Part shown: one piece after another, positions 39,062 to 51,588 of the stretch | Layout: each line of letters begins with the position of its first letter | Numbering within the stretch: the first letter of the stretch is position 1 | The notes under the pieces: model-generated | The model's database searches: none | What the model saw: only the letters and a program-made list of their open reading frames with translations | What the model was told of the DNA's origin: nothing | Source of the DNA: Podospora anserina | Lineage: Eukaryota | Direction: 5' to 3' | Assembly (NCBI GenBank): GCA_017654855.1 | Contig: CM030336.1 | Coordinates: 1,798,001-1,862,000 of the forward strand | DNA: 64,000 bases | Made by a program: the position numbers and the translations under genes

Positions 39062-40745
39062 CTACACAATTCTCCCCGCTGCCCCCATCCACTGCCTATC
39101 ACTCGGCACAGAGTCCATCCTTTGATGATAATGATGCAACGTCTGCCCTTGCACCTCTGCCGTAGTCATCTGCACTGCCGCTGGCATAGGTAGATCCGGC
39201 AGATCATCCGGCATCAGCCTATTTGGCAACGGCACACTCGGCATCCCCATCCTGTCATTCACTTCATACTCCACGCTGACCTCTTCCGTCTGGATGATCT
39301 TCCCAGGCGGCGGCTCAAATTCATCCCCTGCCTCGACACTCCCAAAAGAATTCGTGCTCTGGTTCCTCGATCGTATCCTACTCCTGCTCCTCGACATGGA
39401 GCCCCGTATCGACGACCCCCTACTCCCACTGGGGTACCCATTCGGGTTAAACATCCCAGCACTGAACCCACTAAACCTCGACAGTCGTGACAACCTGATG
39501 ACGGACCCTGACCTGCTCCCCGGCCGCCCAGAAGAACCTCCGACATTGGTTTCTTTGTTACTGCTGACTCGACTCGCCCGGCTCCAACTGGATTCATTGC
39601 GACGATGTCCCTGGGAGCTGATGACCGTCGAGCTGCGACCTGTGCCCTGCGCGTTGGAAGAACCGGTGTAAATATCGTGATAAAACTCTGCCGGGCCGGG
39701 CGGGGGGCCGTTGTGCTTGAGCAGAGCGCGGAGTATAGGAATCGAAGCGGCAACGATGGTGATTGCACCCTCGGCTGCGGCCAGAATGGCGAGCTGGGTC
39801 GTGGACTCGGTAAACGACGCGTCGGAGATGGAGGGAAGCTGTGTTATCTTGATGATGGAGGTGACGCCGGCAAAAACACCCATGCTCATGGCGACGAGGA
39901 CGCCAAACTTCTCCTTCTTGTTCATGGTGAGCTTCCAGATGATCCTCCAGGGGAGCAAGGCGAGAACAATATCCATTGCGCCAGAGTAGACTGAAAGCAT
40001 GTCAGCCAAACGTAAGTCCCTTCTTTTGGTGCAATCGGAGACTCGACTTACTGGCCGTAAAGATGTTATACCTAACCTGGTAATGCTTGGACCAGCAACT
40101 TCCCTCCAGATTTGGCTGCCAGATCTTTGCAATTGGCGTGCACTGCCCCCACGTGAGCGCAATCGCCACCCCGAGCGAGAGGTTAACCGTCACGATGATG
40201 AACCAGACCAGCCACTTCATCCATCCGTTTGATATGCGCAAGATGGTGATGGCAAACGAGGTCTTGCTCCAACAAGCGGCCAAGATGGAGAAGGTGCCGG
40301 CCAAGTTACAGTATAACAGATAGATGTTGAGGTTCTTGAAGTTGAAGAGCGAGAGTGACCGACCAAAACCGTAGGTGACAGAGACGGAGACGAAGGCACA
40401 AGACAAGGCAAGTGCTATCTGTGGCATTGTCAGATAGCTGCTGGGTAGGGGATAGGAAAGGACACCACTCACCCACGAAGCAATAAGAACATGATCATCC
40501 CACCACAACCCTCGATGCCTCAAAGACTTGGAGTACACCCTCAGTGCCAGAAAGGCCGCCGACAAGGCAGTCAAAAACCAAATGGTAAAGTTGATCTGGT
40601 GCCCATAATCCACCGTCTGCTTGACCTTGAACCCTGGCGTTTCCGCCTCACCCCGTGCTACCTTGGTCGAGCCATGCGTTGTCGTGGGCTCATGGGAATA
40701 TGACGTCAAGTCGGTCGTCGTTATGGTGGCGGTAAAGTGCGACAT
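39062..40745 (-). CDS. PTH11-like (fungal rhodopsin-domain) integral membrane protein, two introns
   Basis: LALRVYSK..GLWWDD, QCTPIAKIW, DIVLALLPWRIIWKL..KEK and IVAASIPILR motifs. Confidence 0.9.
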
Positions 40746-42543
40746 CAGAGTCGCAGCACGCCAGCTTCGCAGAAGATGGCGCTGGCAACGGCGAGGACAG
40801 CAACAACAACAAACTACCCGACGACGGCGGTTCCGCTCAACGGCTGCCTCATCTGCCAGTGGGTGGGGTGCAAGGGGGGAACGATCAACAAGAGAAAGCC
40901 AGTCCGGGGAGAAAAATCTGGGGCAAGGCGGGATGGCTGCCCGAGATATTGGGTGAGCCGTTCATATCATGGATTCCCCGGACTCTCCCACAACCCGAGG
41001 ACGGCGAACAAAAAACGAGACGATTGATGGCGATCCCACAGCAGCCGGACGATCGACACATGGTATGTAGCATACCATCACCCCCCGCCCCCCCAAAAAG
41101 TCCCCTTCTGTAGCTACCTTGACCCGATTCCTGCGTGATTTACGTAGCTGTTTGCAGGGTTGAGGACAAATGGAAGCAAAGATTGCAAATGACAAGGACA
41201 GGCGTCCCACCAAGCACGACACCAACTCCACAGGTGCGTATTCGCGGGCCGCCAATGCTGTGCGCGATGTTCCCCAGAAAGAAAGGGTGTGGTGGAGCAC
41301 GGGGCATGGCGTGTAAGTGTCGGAGCTTGGACTCTCGTCTCACATTGCCCGTTTATTACCCCTGGATCTTTGGGGAGGCTCTGTTCTCGGACATCGTTGG
41401 AGGTGGATGACAGCGGGAACGTTAATGCAACGACAACGGCGGCGATCCAACGAGTGACAGTTCAACGTTTCGTCTTGGGATGAATCACACGCTGTAGGGC
41501 AACTGTGGTCGGTGATGAGCATCTGTGCTTTTTCCGTAAGCGTGGTGTCCAAATGGCTTGGCGTTCTGCGAGGTGTTCACGCACAGGCCATTAATTAGTG
41601 AGGTCTTGGATGCAGCACGACCAATTGGGATTTTGCTGCGACGAATTCTCGACGGCTTGTGCATCGTGTGCATACCGAACACGATGTTTAATGAAGGATT
41701 GCAATCTTGCGCATAAGGGGGGATATTTTGGACTGTGTAGTGGAGGTTGGTTATCGTATCTCAGGCGGGCAGCTGCCAACCGGCTGTTGACTTGACTGGA
41801 TTAGTCGAGTTGATCTCTCGAGGTCTTCAACGTCGTGATATCTCGTGGCCTGTGTGATGTTGCTTGGAAAATAGACCACGGAAAATGAAAACGACAGTGT
41901 AGAAATATTCAAGAGCAGATGTGTGTGCGGAAAGTTCCGCTCCATACAGCCGACCCAACCATGGACTGCTGCCTATCTGAAAGCTTGAAGTTGGGAAGGA
42001 GTTCTCAACCTCTCAGGCAGGCACGCTCGTACAAACGCACAAACCACATTTATTTTCAACTAATAAGCTTTGGACGTTTTGTTCAGGTTTGGATTGTCTT
42101 TTCATGATCTCCCCGCTTACGAAATAGACCACAATTGGCGAACCAAGCTCACCCAAGTTTCGGCACAGATCCGGGATCCGGACAGGCAACTATATGCAAG
42201 CAATTATCAGCCCCATTTGCTATGAATCTATTTCTTCCTGGACTCATTTGCCGGTACTCCCCAGTGCCGAGAAGCAATGCGGCAGCAGCCATGCCGACCA
42301 ACTTATCCATCAATCAGATGACTGGCCTTGGAGTACCGGCTCCAAGTTAGACGACCTCTCTATATTGACCTCCAAAATAGACAAGATCAGCCAAAAATTT
42401 CAAATGAATCCAGCACACCTCCAGCGGCGACATCACCAAACTTTGCCCCCTTGGCCATGACATTTAGCCATGCCTTCCGACTCTTTCATTCTTGTCGTTG
42501 TTGACATCGACAACCACAGAGACTGAGTCGCGGCACCTCCAAC

Positions 42544-43749
42544 ATGCACATACGTTTCCTTGCAGCCGTGGCGCTGACAGCGTCGACGGCAAGCGCCCTG
42601 CTACGCTTCTCATGCTCGCAGCTCGTGGTTGAGCGACTTGACCCGTGAGCCCCTCGTTTCGTTGAATACCTAGCGATCCCAGACTGACCACGAATCTGTG
42701 CCCCTTAGCTTGGTCAATCCTGGAATGGCTCCATCTCCACATCTTCACCAAATCGTCGGAGGCGTATGTTGGTCCTGATATCAACCCTCGAATAAAAGCA
42801 AAGACTGACTGGTTGGTAGAATGCATTCAACGTCACGATGGATCCAGCAACACCACCTCCCTCTCAGGCGACATGCACCACTTGCACCTTCGCCGACGAC
42901 TTTTCCAATTACTGGACAGCCATCCTCTACTTCCGTGCTCGGAATGGGTCGTTTATTCGGGTGCCGCAAAAGCCAAATATGGGGTTTGAAGCTGCCAATG
43001 GTGGCATGACGGTCTATTACACGCCCTTCTTCACTGGCCGTGGGGGGCCGGGCACCGTCACGGCTTTCAGACCTGGTTTCCGAATGCTGATCGGCAAACA
43101 AGAATACCGCACCCGCGAAGAAGCCTCGAGATTCCGACAACTTACATACACATGTCTGCAAAACATTCTGACCCGCACTGGAGAGACGCTCGATATGCCC
43201 AAGCGGCCTTGCCCGGCAGGAATCATGTCAAATGTCCGATTTCCAACTTGCTGGGATGGCAAGAATCTCGACACGCCCGACCACATGGCACATGTTGCCT
43301 ACCCTGCATCTGGTACCTTCGAGAACAATGGCCCATGCCCGGCATCTCACCCCGTCAAGATTCCACAGCTCTTCTTTGAAGTTATTTGGGACACATCCAA
43401 GTTCAATGCAAAGGACCTATGGCCCGAAGATGGCAGCCAGCCATTTGTCTGGAGCCAGGGCGACGAGACTGGGTTCGGAAATCACGGTGATTATGTTTTT
43501 GGCTGGAAAGACAATGCTTTGCAAATTGCCATGGACTCCAATTGCGATAGGTGCCCACAGCTCAAGTCTCAGAGCTTAGCCACGGGAAACAAATGCATAG
43601 GCCCTCTCCATGTGCGCGAGAAGATTGATGGCTGTAAGCTTCTACCTCTCTTCCAGTCCCAGAATGACGTTGCACGGGCAATGCTGACCATGTCTGTAGG
43701 GTTGGATGCTATTCCTGGGCTGACGCCTGACCTCAAGTATCGGAACTAA
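42544..43749 (+). CDS. Secreted DUF1996 protein, several introns
   Basis: Signal peptide, LLRFSCSQLVVERLDP, HLHQIVG, DFSNYWT, FPTCWDGKNLD and HGDYVFGW. Confidence 0.9.
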
Positions 43750-44218
43750 GTGTAAAAAGACCATAACAAAGATGTTGCGGCCTGGTACTAAGTACAGAAG
43801 CACGGGGCTTCCTTTGTTTGGACAATCTCACAAGGGCTTAGTGGGGGGTTCTTTGACTCCAGCTCAAGGACATTCTGGGTGGTGCCTCCAGTTGGATTGT
43901 TTCAGCTCGCCACCATTGCAGATGAACATGGTTCTTTCGGACTGTAATTGTTCGGTACAGTCCTCATCTAGTGAATATTTGTATTAAAACGAAGCAAATC
44001 ACGATATCAGTTGGTTTTCAGACCACAAGCCTCTTTACCACTCTTTTTCACTCTGGAAGTGACCCCCTTTACAACAATGGCTTCTACCTCAAAGCCCACC
44101 AACGCGGCCGTGCCTGTCTGGATAAGGCTGTACAACACCATTCTGCTTATTAACCGCGATGACGCATCCGTCAAGCCTGTTGAATGTTTTCTGTTACACA
44201 CTGTAGCAGATATCAACT

Positions 44219-47113
44219 ATGAACAGCTCGAGAACCGGACAAGAACCCTTACCCAAGTCTTTTGCACGCCTCAAGAATTGGATGAACCGACAGCTTGGCT
44301 ATGATCCCATCCTGCACAAGCTCTTTGTCATTCAGAATGGCGAGGAGAAGGATCTGGAATATAGATCTGACTGGGAACAACTACTGATTCAGATTGCTTG
44401 CAGCGAAGAAGATGATCGATATGTCGAGATGGAATTTCGACCTGATTTGGAAGATCTCCCCAATGATCTTTGGAGAATTGGAGGGAGTGATAAGCCACCC
44501 GTCACAGACGAGCCCTCTTCCTCCCTCGAGCCATCCAATACTATCGAGGAGGAGGAATACAACAGAGCGGTCTTGTCAGCAGTAACACCACCCTCCAAGG
44601 AGTCTTTTGAGGAACCTGACCAGCCGAATTTCTCAGACTGGGATGACTTTCCTGAGATGGCTCTTGAGCTTGACTTCATCACAGAGAGCGAGTACTGGGA
44701 CATGAAGTTCCGTCAGCGCCACGCCAAATATCCTACCGGTCTTCCTAAGCCGGGGTTTCTGTCTAAGAGAGAGTATACCCACGAGGTCATCAGTCCTTGG
44801 TATTTTCTTCCCGACAGGTTCTTTGAAAACACCCCGCCCAGCTCCCCGAGAAGCGTTACCACGAGCATTGTGTCTGCTACCGAAACATTCAATATCGCAA
44901 CCACTGAATCACCGATTATCTCGAGCCCTCGTGCCTCTCCCGAGAAACATGACGAAAAGGCTGAGCCAAATGTGGACAGTTACCAGATCACTACCACCGA
45001 GGATCCGGATTACGGCGCAAACTACCGTGATATCATTGATGACAGCCTCGGGGCCTATAATGATGGCGATACGGAACGCGAATGGAACTCTTGTCTTGAA
45101 TTCTTCGGCGTCCATGCGGAGGAGTACAGGAGACAGCTCGCCATCAAGGCGTCCTCGGCCACTCACAGCACCCGTGTTCCCGTCAAAAAGCTTCCCGGCA
45201 TGACTGTTGGTTTGTTCGACTACCAGCTCATGGGCGTCTACAATCTCCTTAATTTTGTTCTGAATGATGTCAGGGGTGGGTTTCTGGCGGATGAGCAAGG
45301 TTTGGGAAAGACACAAGAGATGTTTGGTGTTCTCCTTCTGGCTCACAACCTTCGGCGATGTAAGGCTGATGTTACTGAGTTTTGGAGTCCATCGGCCAAG
45401 GGGAAAGCTGTCAAGAAAGGACCGGCTAACAAACATAACGCCAAGAACTCAAAAGATGCTCGATCCTGCCTTTATGATCAGAAATGGGGGTTCAAATGCT
45501 ATTGCTACAACGAACTTACCAGAAACCTGGCCGATCGTCTTCCCGATGGACCCAATGTCATTATTGCGCCGGCAACAAACTGCGGACCCATGGTCAAGGA
45601 CGCGAAGACCAAACTGGACGGCAAGGTCATCAGAGTCCGTGGTTACGGCACTGACATTCACATGACTGACAAGGAATCCAAGTTGACCTCTGCCGAGCTC
45701 GCGTCTCTGCGGAGTGGTAATGCCACAGCCCAGAGCGACTTTGTCATTGTCGTCTCTCCGGAGTCAATCCACAAGCTGGGAGCCGAGTTCGCCAAGAGCA
45801 AGACCACCTTCACTCCCGGAATCGTCATGCTGGACGAGTTTCACCAATACGCTGCCTCCTCTGGCGAGGTCAACCGCGTCACTGCCTGGCTCAAACATCT
45901 TAGGATTTCCAGTATCAATAACAAGCGACTCATTCCTCTGGTTTATTTTGTGTCTGGCACACCCTTCGAGAACTCCCCCTCCGACCTCCGCTCTGCCCTT
46001 GAAGTCCTCGAACGACCTCAAATCTGGAGCAAACCCAACCACCCCTTATCATCCGCCACCGTCGCCCACCTCGACGAGTGCATCAAACTCTTCGACTCCT
46101 ACACTACCTCCACCACCCAAGGATCTCCCTTTACCCAAACCAAAATCAACGAATACTACCACCGCCTCGACAAGCTCCTCACCCAACTGATGGTCCGCCG
46201 CCTAGCAACCGACACCTTCCAATCCACCAAACTAACCTACCTCGGCAAACTCAAAGTCAACATCATCGACCACACCCTTCCCTCATGCCACATCCCCCCC
46301 CTCCAATCCCTCGCCTCCACCACCATCCCCCCCACCGCAAACCTCAAACCCCCCACCACCGGCCCAGACCTCCTACTCAAACTCCGGTTATGCGGAACCT
46401 TCCCCTCCATCGCCAGCACCACAACAAATTTCACCTTTTCCCCCGAGGAGGTATCCACCTTCCTCACCACCGCCTCCGGCAACCCCTCCAAAACACCCTA
46501 CTTCCCTCACCTCCCCTCCTTCACCCTCCTCTCCCCAAAGCTCGCCACCATCTCCTCCATCATCACCCAGATGGTCAACGACAAGACAAAAATCCCAGGG
46601 GAGCCCTCCTCCTGCAAAAAGCTGGTTTTATTCTCCCCCCTCGAGGCAGAATCGCTTCTGCTGTTTCTGTGGCTTACTAACCCTGAGCCGGAAGGGGTGA
46701 AGCCGGTTTATGTTCATGGGAATATGACTAGTCTGGAGAGGCAGAGGGTGATTGACAAGTTTTTGGAGGTGGGGAACGCGGCGCCGAATGTGCTGGTTGC
46801 GCCGACGGGGGTTTGTGGGACGGGGTTTAATCTGCAGAGGGCGGGGTATTTGGTTTTGACGGGGCCGACGTGGACGAGGAGGGAGGGGAGGCAGGTTTTT
46901 GGGCGGGTGCATAGGGTTGGGCAGAGGGGGGTGGTGAAGTTGTGGGAGTTGAGGGGGGGGTGGAATCCGGGGGAGAGGGTAGTTTTGGGGTTCGGAGGTG
47001 GGTTGGAGGTTGGGAATGGGTTTGTTGAGGGGGTGGGGAAAGGTGAGGGGGAGGAGGACAAGAAAAAGGGGGAAGAGGACGAGGATGAAGGGAAGGGTAA
47101 GGAGGTGGGGTGA
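44219..47113 (+). CDS. SNF2-family helicase-like ATPase, lineage-specific; true start may be 44077
   Basis: LFDYQ, GGFLADEQGLGKT, LDEFH, SGTP, GTGFNLQRA and QVFGRVHRVGQ motifs in a single intronless ORF. Confidence 0.88.
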   Translation: MNSSRTGQEPLPKSFARLKNWMNRQLGYDPILHKLFVIQNGEEKDLEYRSDWEQLLIQIACSEEDDRYVEMEFRPDLEDLPNDLWRIGGSDKPPVTDEPSSSLEPSNTIEEEEYNRAVLSAVTPPSKESFEEPDQPNFSDWDDFPEMALELDFITESEYWDMKFRQRHAKYPTGLPKPGFLSKREYTHEVISPWYFLPDRFFENTPPSSPRSVTTSIVSATETFNIATTESPIISSPRASPEKHDEKAEPNVDSYQITTTEDPDYGANYRDIIDDSLGAYNDGDTEREWNSCLEFFGVHAEEYRRQLAIKASSATHSTRVPVKKLPGMTVGLFDYQLMGVYNLLNFVLNDVRGGFLADEQGLGKTQEMFGVLLLAHNLRRCKADVTEFWSPSAKGKAVKKGPANKHNAKNSKDARSCLYDQKWGFKCYCYNELTRNLADRLPDGPNVIIAPATNCGPMVKDAKTKLDGKVIRVRGYGTDIHMTDKESKLTSAELASLRSGNATAQSDFVIVVSPESIHKLGAEFAKSKTTFTPGIVMLDEFHQYAASSGEVNRVTAWLKHLRISSINNKRLIPLVYFVSGTPFENSPSDLRSALEVLERPQIWSKPNHPLSSATVAHLDECIKLFDSYTTSTTQGSPFTQTKINEYYHRLDKLLTQLMVRRLATDTFQSTKLTYLGKLKVNIIDHTLPSCHIPPLQSLASTTIPPTANLKPPTTGPDLLLKLRLCGTFPSIASTTTNFTFSPEEVSTFLTTASGNPSKTPYFPHLPSFTLLSPKLATISSIITQMVNDKTKIPGEPSSCKKLVLFSPLEAESLLLFLWLTNPEPEGVKPVYVHGNMTSLERQRVIDKFLEVGNAAPNVLVAPTGVCGTGFNLQRAGYLVLTGPTWTRREGRQVFGRVHRVGQRGVVKLWELRGGWNPGERVVLGFGGGLEVGNGFVEGVGKGEGEEDKKKGEEDEDEGKGKEVG

Positions 47114-48684
47114 TTTGTTTTCTTTTTTGCACGTTTTGAAATTCGTTGATAGGAGTTTAGGGGCAAGGTAGGTAGTTAGCATGCTCTGGAGCATGGTGTA
47201 CAATGTATTTGGTGTGTTTTCCTTGAAAGCTTGTCTTTTGTGAATCTTGCACCTATTGCTTGGCTTGTGATGACGTATCTGGTGGCCTGACCAAACTATA
47301 CCTACCGAATAGAAAGGCCAGACACCCGAGAGGTCATATTCCCCGGTTGAATCCAAGTGTAGCCATTGAGAGATGTCACTACATCTGACTCTCATTTGCA
47401 TTCCTATCATCACCGCTGCCTGCAGGCCCGTAGACAGTCAACCTAATACCAAAACAAACTCCGACCAACCCAATCCTGGCTTCTTACAAACCATACAGAA
47501 ACGCTTGCCCAGAAAAGTCTAGCATATCCGCTCCCAGCAAATACTCATAGCCGACCCGCTGACTTTGAACTAGGTCTGTTGTTTACCACAACACGCCAAG
47601 ACTCAGGGGTTGATCACAAACCTCAAAACAAACCGGTGGTTACTCGCACACAAGAGCATTCATTGCTCAGGGCTACCAGTTATACTTTTGCCATGTGTTG
47701 TGTATTTAATTATTGCTAGATCTCACACGAAAGGTCTTTTCTTCCCAACAACTTCTCATCACAACTTGAGCCCCTGGACCCCGGGGAGAGAGAGAGACCA
47801 ACTCATCACAGTTGCTCCTGATGACAACTTGCGGTCTGTGTCTGGTAGCGGGTGCATAGATATTTTGCCGTCCGATCTCACGGTCAGTATTGTTATGGCT
47901 TCGACAACAAGCTCTTTTTCGACTTGCTCTTGTGATCCGAACTGTGGGCAGCTTGGGGGATGCTCTGATGTCGAGACAACGATGGCAGTGGAACATCACG
48001 GATTATCAGGCTAACCGACTTTTCTTTAATGCCTGAGTAGTAGCATTCGTCTTCTCCTACACTTTTCTAGGCTTTATTCATGATGCGCCAGCAGGCTTCC
48101 AGTCTCTTGTTTACGTAGGAAGCATCAACACCGGGCAATGGGAGCAAAAATACTTTTCCACCCGAAATCTCTAGACCCTATCATCTGATTCCTAAACACA
48201 ATTCCAGTTATTGCTCTTGCAATCCTAGCTCTTGCTGGTTAGGTCACGCTCTGATGTCGTCGTCAACGCCGACAGCCAGTAAAACCTCATCGATTATTGA
48301 GCTATCGGAGTTTTCTGTTCACTTCAGGAGCAACTATTGTCTTATTTTATTTATCAACCGTCCAGAGCAGCCAGCAAGACCACATCAATTATGGAGCAAG
48401 TAGACTTGTTCAGGAAGCAACTATTGTCTTATCTCCCAGGCCCGCTATTCACCGGCTCCCAATAATTGACGACGTCGTCATGGGTGGAATCTTGTCCTCC
48501 TGGTCGAGGATGCGATGCTTTTACTTTTCCCGCCCTCTCCCTCTTTTGTCCCCTCACACTCAACAACCTCCAGAGCCCTCTCCTTCTGATATCCAACATT
48601 ATCCAGAGCAACGTTGGGCAGCGGGCAAACTCTCCAACACCCCCAACACCTCCAAGACCTCCAACACCACCAATCACCAGCAAA

Positions 48685-49321
48685 ATGCCTTCCCCTACAT
48701 CATCCCACAGCCCCGGCTCAAACCATTCCGGCCACGGTTCAACCTGGTTCCCGACCGCCGGCTTCACCTGGAAGAACAGCAGCGAGTCTTCCAAACTCAA
48801 GGTCCTCCGCACCACCGAGCGGAACAGCACCCTCGTCCGCGCGGTCGGGACAGCTGCTCGTCACCACTTTCAAGGATCTTGCTCGGATGAGGCTCGACTC
48901 GCCTGCGCGAGAGCACATCCTGGATTTTCTCTCTCGTGCTCGCGAGGGTTGCCGCTTGGGCAGGGAGTTGTCTGAGAACATGTGGTAGGTCATTCTCCAA
49001 GCTACGAAAGCGCAATGTACTAAGTCTTTTGGACTTTGCAGGATCGAGTCTGGGTGAGTATCTTCGCAGGACCTCCAAGACTCAGCAGGATGGTATGTCA
49101 ATCAAAAAAATGGCTTTACACGACTGTTTCCGTGGAGATATTTCACTGACATATGTTCTTTGTTACCTCCCTCTATAGCTGAGAAGTCCGACATTCCCGA
49201 GCTTGCCCAGGCTGCTGATGGTCTGCTCAAGGCTTGTAACGAGGATGGCAATGAGTGGGAGTGAGCTTTGCTCGAGATGATGGCCTACCTGAATGAGTTG
49301 CTTGGGGAGGTTTCAGACTGA
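48685..49321 (+). pseudogene. Second member of the unnamed family seen at 10.1-13.0 kb, with frameshifts and an internal stop
   Basis: ..REGCRLGRELSENMW|IESG/EYLRRTSKTQQD|AEKSDIPELAQAADGLLKACNEDGNEWE*ALLEMMAYLNELL; two canonical introns; TGA at 49262. Confidence 0.6.
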
Positions 49322-50918
49322 GTTTGTTGACTCTTTCTAGAAAAGGTGTCACGGGGGCGGCTTAGGTAGGCCGATGGTTTCATTCTCAGGCGTTAGTGGT
49401 CAATCGATTCAGGGATTCTTTTTTTTCTTCTTCTAAAAGTTTGATGTCGCTGCACATGATCATATATCAAAACCTTTGTGTCTTTCCTGTCCTTTCCTGT
49501 AAGCCTCAATTGCTGTGAGATGGGAAGTGATTATACAGCCTGAACATGATTACACCAATTATAAACTTCAGACACATTTAGACCCGTTTGTATTGGCAAA
49601 ACTACATCACAGAAACAGTCAGCTCCTCACTTCGAGTCCTTTGAACCGGGCTTCGCACCTCACGAGGAACGGACAACCATACTTCCCGCTCACCCCCTTG
49701 GGTCTGTCCGGGATCTTGCCCATTACAAGTGCCTCTTTTGCTTTGATATTCTGCTTGGATCGACATGATGGTACTCTTGCCAATCACTTCTGGCACAGAC
49801 ACTTGGAGCCCTTGGTCGTTTACATCAACAGAACTTTCATCCCTAACGGTTATCTTTTAAATAAGATAAATATTTGGATTAATGAAGAGGTTCGCTTAGA
49901 TGGGTAAAGATAGTTGCTTGGATTAAGAAGCCGATACTATCAAAGTTGATATCCACCATTCAATACGATGTGGCGTGTTTGGTATCTTCTGTTATTTTGA
50001 GTCTCTCGCCGCGTTACTCCTAACTTCAGCACAAAATAACCTGACAACAAGTCATCATCCCCTCTTGACCTGCGAAGGCTTATTTGTTCCATGATCTCTT
50101 TGGGTGTTTCTTAGATAATTAAATGCGCCCTAGCTCTTCTAAAATGACATCGCATTGTTTATAGATTGGTTTTCCCATTGTTCGTTTACCTTGCTGCCAG
50201 GCTTATATTGCACATGCTATATCACTGACACATTTGGCCCACACCCGGTGTTTCCGATTATTATTTCTCCTCTTTGATATATATATTTTCAACCTTGAAA
50301 ATCACACTGTTTTACCAGGTGAGTGACTATCAGGCATTACGGAAACCTCTTTTGTATTTTTTCTCTTTATTTGTTTACACCCTCCAAGTGTCATATTAGA
50401 CACTTAGGGACATGAACGACACCCACAAAAGCTAACGATGCTGAGTTATCTTTATGACTACCTGGATTTCAATCAGTTCGCCTAAGGCTCTGGCGTTTAT
50501 CGAATGTATAACCCACATTCGATATTCCTCCCACCATATCTTACCACACGGTAGCCTTAACCAGGCGCTAACGACCATCAAGACCAGAGAGGTCCCCGTC
50601 CATATCACAGGGATTGAACATGCTAACTAACTGCACAAAGTGTGGTTGCTCCCAGTATTCACCTGGTCCCACCTTTTGTCAGGCCCACACGTGGGTTACT
50701 CTGTGGTTTTAGGGCTTGTTTTGCACTGACACGTATAGCTTTCTTTTTCTCTGTTAGGTTTCTATACCTATCTATGTAAACTACCTATATTCTGTAGCAT
50801 TTGTGTAAATCTCCCTTAACTCGAGCAAGGCCAAAGCAAAATCGTATAACCAACACACCAGCTCGCAAAACATCGATTTCCATTCCCATCCAGCCATCTG
50901 CCTTATTCATACCAGCAA

Positions 50919-51270
50919 TCAAAAACCCAGGCGGGCCAACAACTTATCCAGGTGCTCCTCATTATCATTCCTGCATTCAATAATCACCTCCTCCGTCGGA
51001 CGGGCCAAAATTTCCGCGTTGGTAACACGCCACGGCAAAATCGCACACAGGATCGCATCAGCATCAGCCACTTTATCAGTCCCCTCAATAGTCCTCGGTC
51101 GCCTGACTCCTTCAGCCTCCAATGCCTCCTCCCATTCCCGTGCAACAACCCAACCAACTCCCGAGTCTGACTCGCTAGTAGATGGCAGGGAGGCAGGAAA
51201 CCCATGGAGCTTGGCATCCCTCAACGCTACCTCCCAACTCTCTTTATCGCAGGACCAACCTCGAAATTGA
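50919..51270 (-). pseudogene. C-terminal fragment resembling fungal aminoglycoside-phosphotransferase-like proteins
   Basis: QFRGWS..ALRDAKLHGFP..WEEALEAEGVRRPRTIEG..LPWRVTN; no N-terminal part or start codon seen. Confidence 0.45.
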
Positions 51271-51588
51271 CCCCCAAGCCCGTCAAATGAGCAAAGAAAC
51301 TCGTAAGAGGGGTGGGAGATCCAGGCAAAGTCGTAATCTATTAGGGCGGTTATACGCCCCGACGTCTCGTCTAAATAAGACGTTGGTTGGGCCTAGATTG
51401 GGCATGGTCAGCTACCGACAAAGACAAGGGACAAGAGTCTGATATGGTTGGTATATCACTGAAATCACAGTGCACCACCACCTTGTCATCCTTAACGCTC
51501 AATAACCGATGAACTGCTCACATACTCTGTCAAAGGTTTCCTGTGTCTTCACAATAATTACTGACGACTGCATCGTGATATATTTCAG

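Noticed and set aside
37005..43749. Monooxygenase, PTH11-like and DUF1996 genes as a secondary metabolite cluster
   Set aside because: No PKS, NRPS or terpene backbone gene and no cluster regulator in the window.
48630..48680. CCAACACC-type repeats considered as a RiPP precursor
   Set aside because: No signal peptide and no KR-delimited repeated cores.
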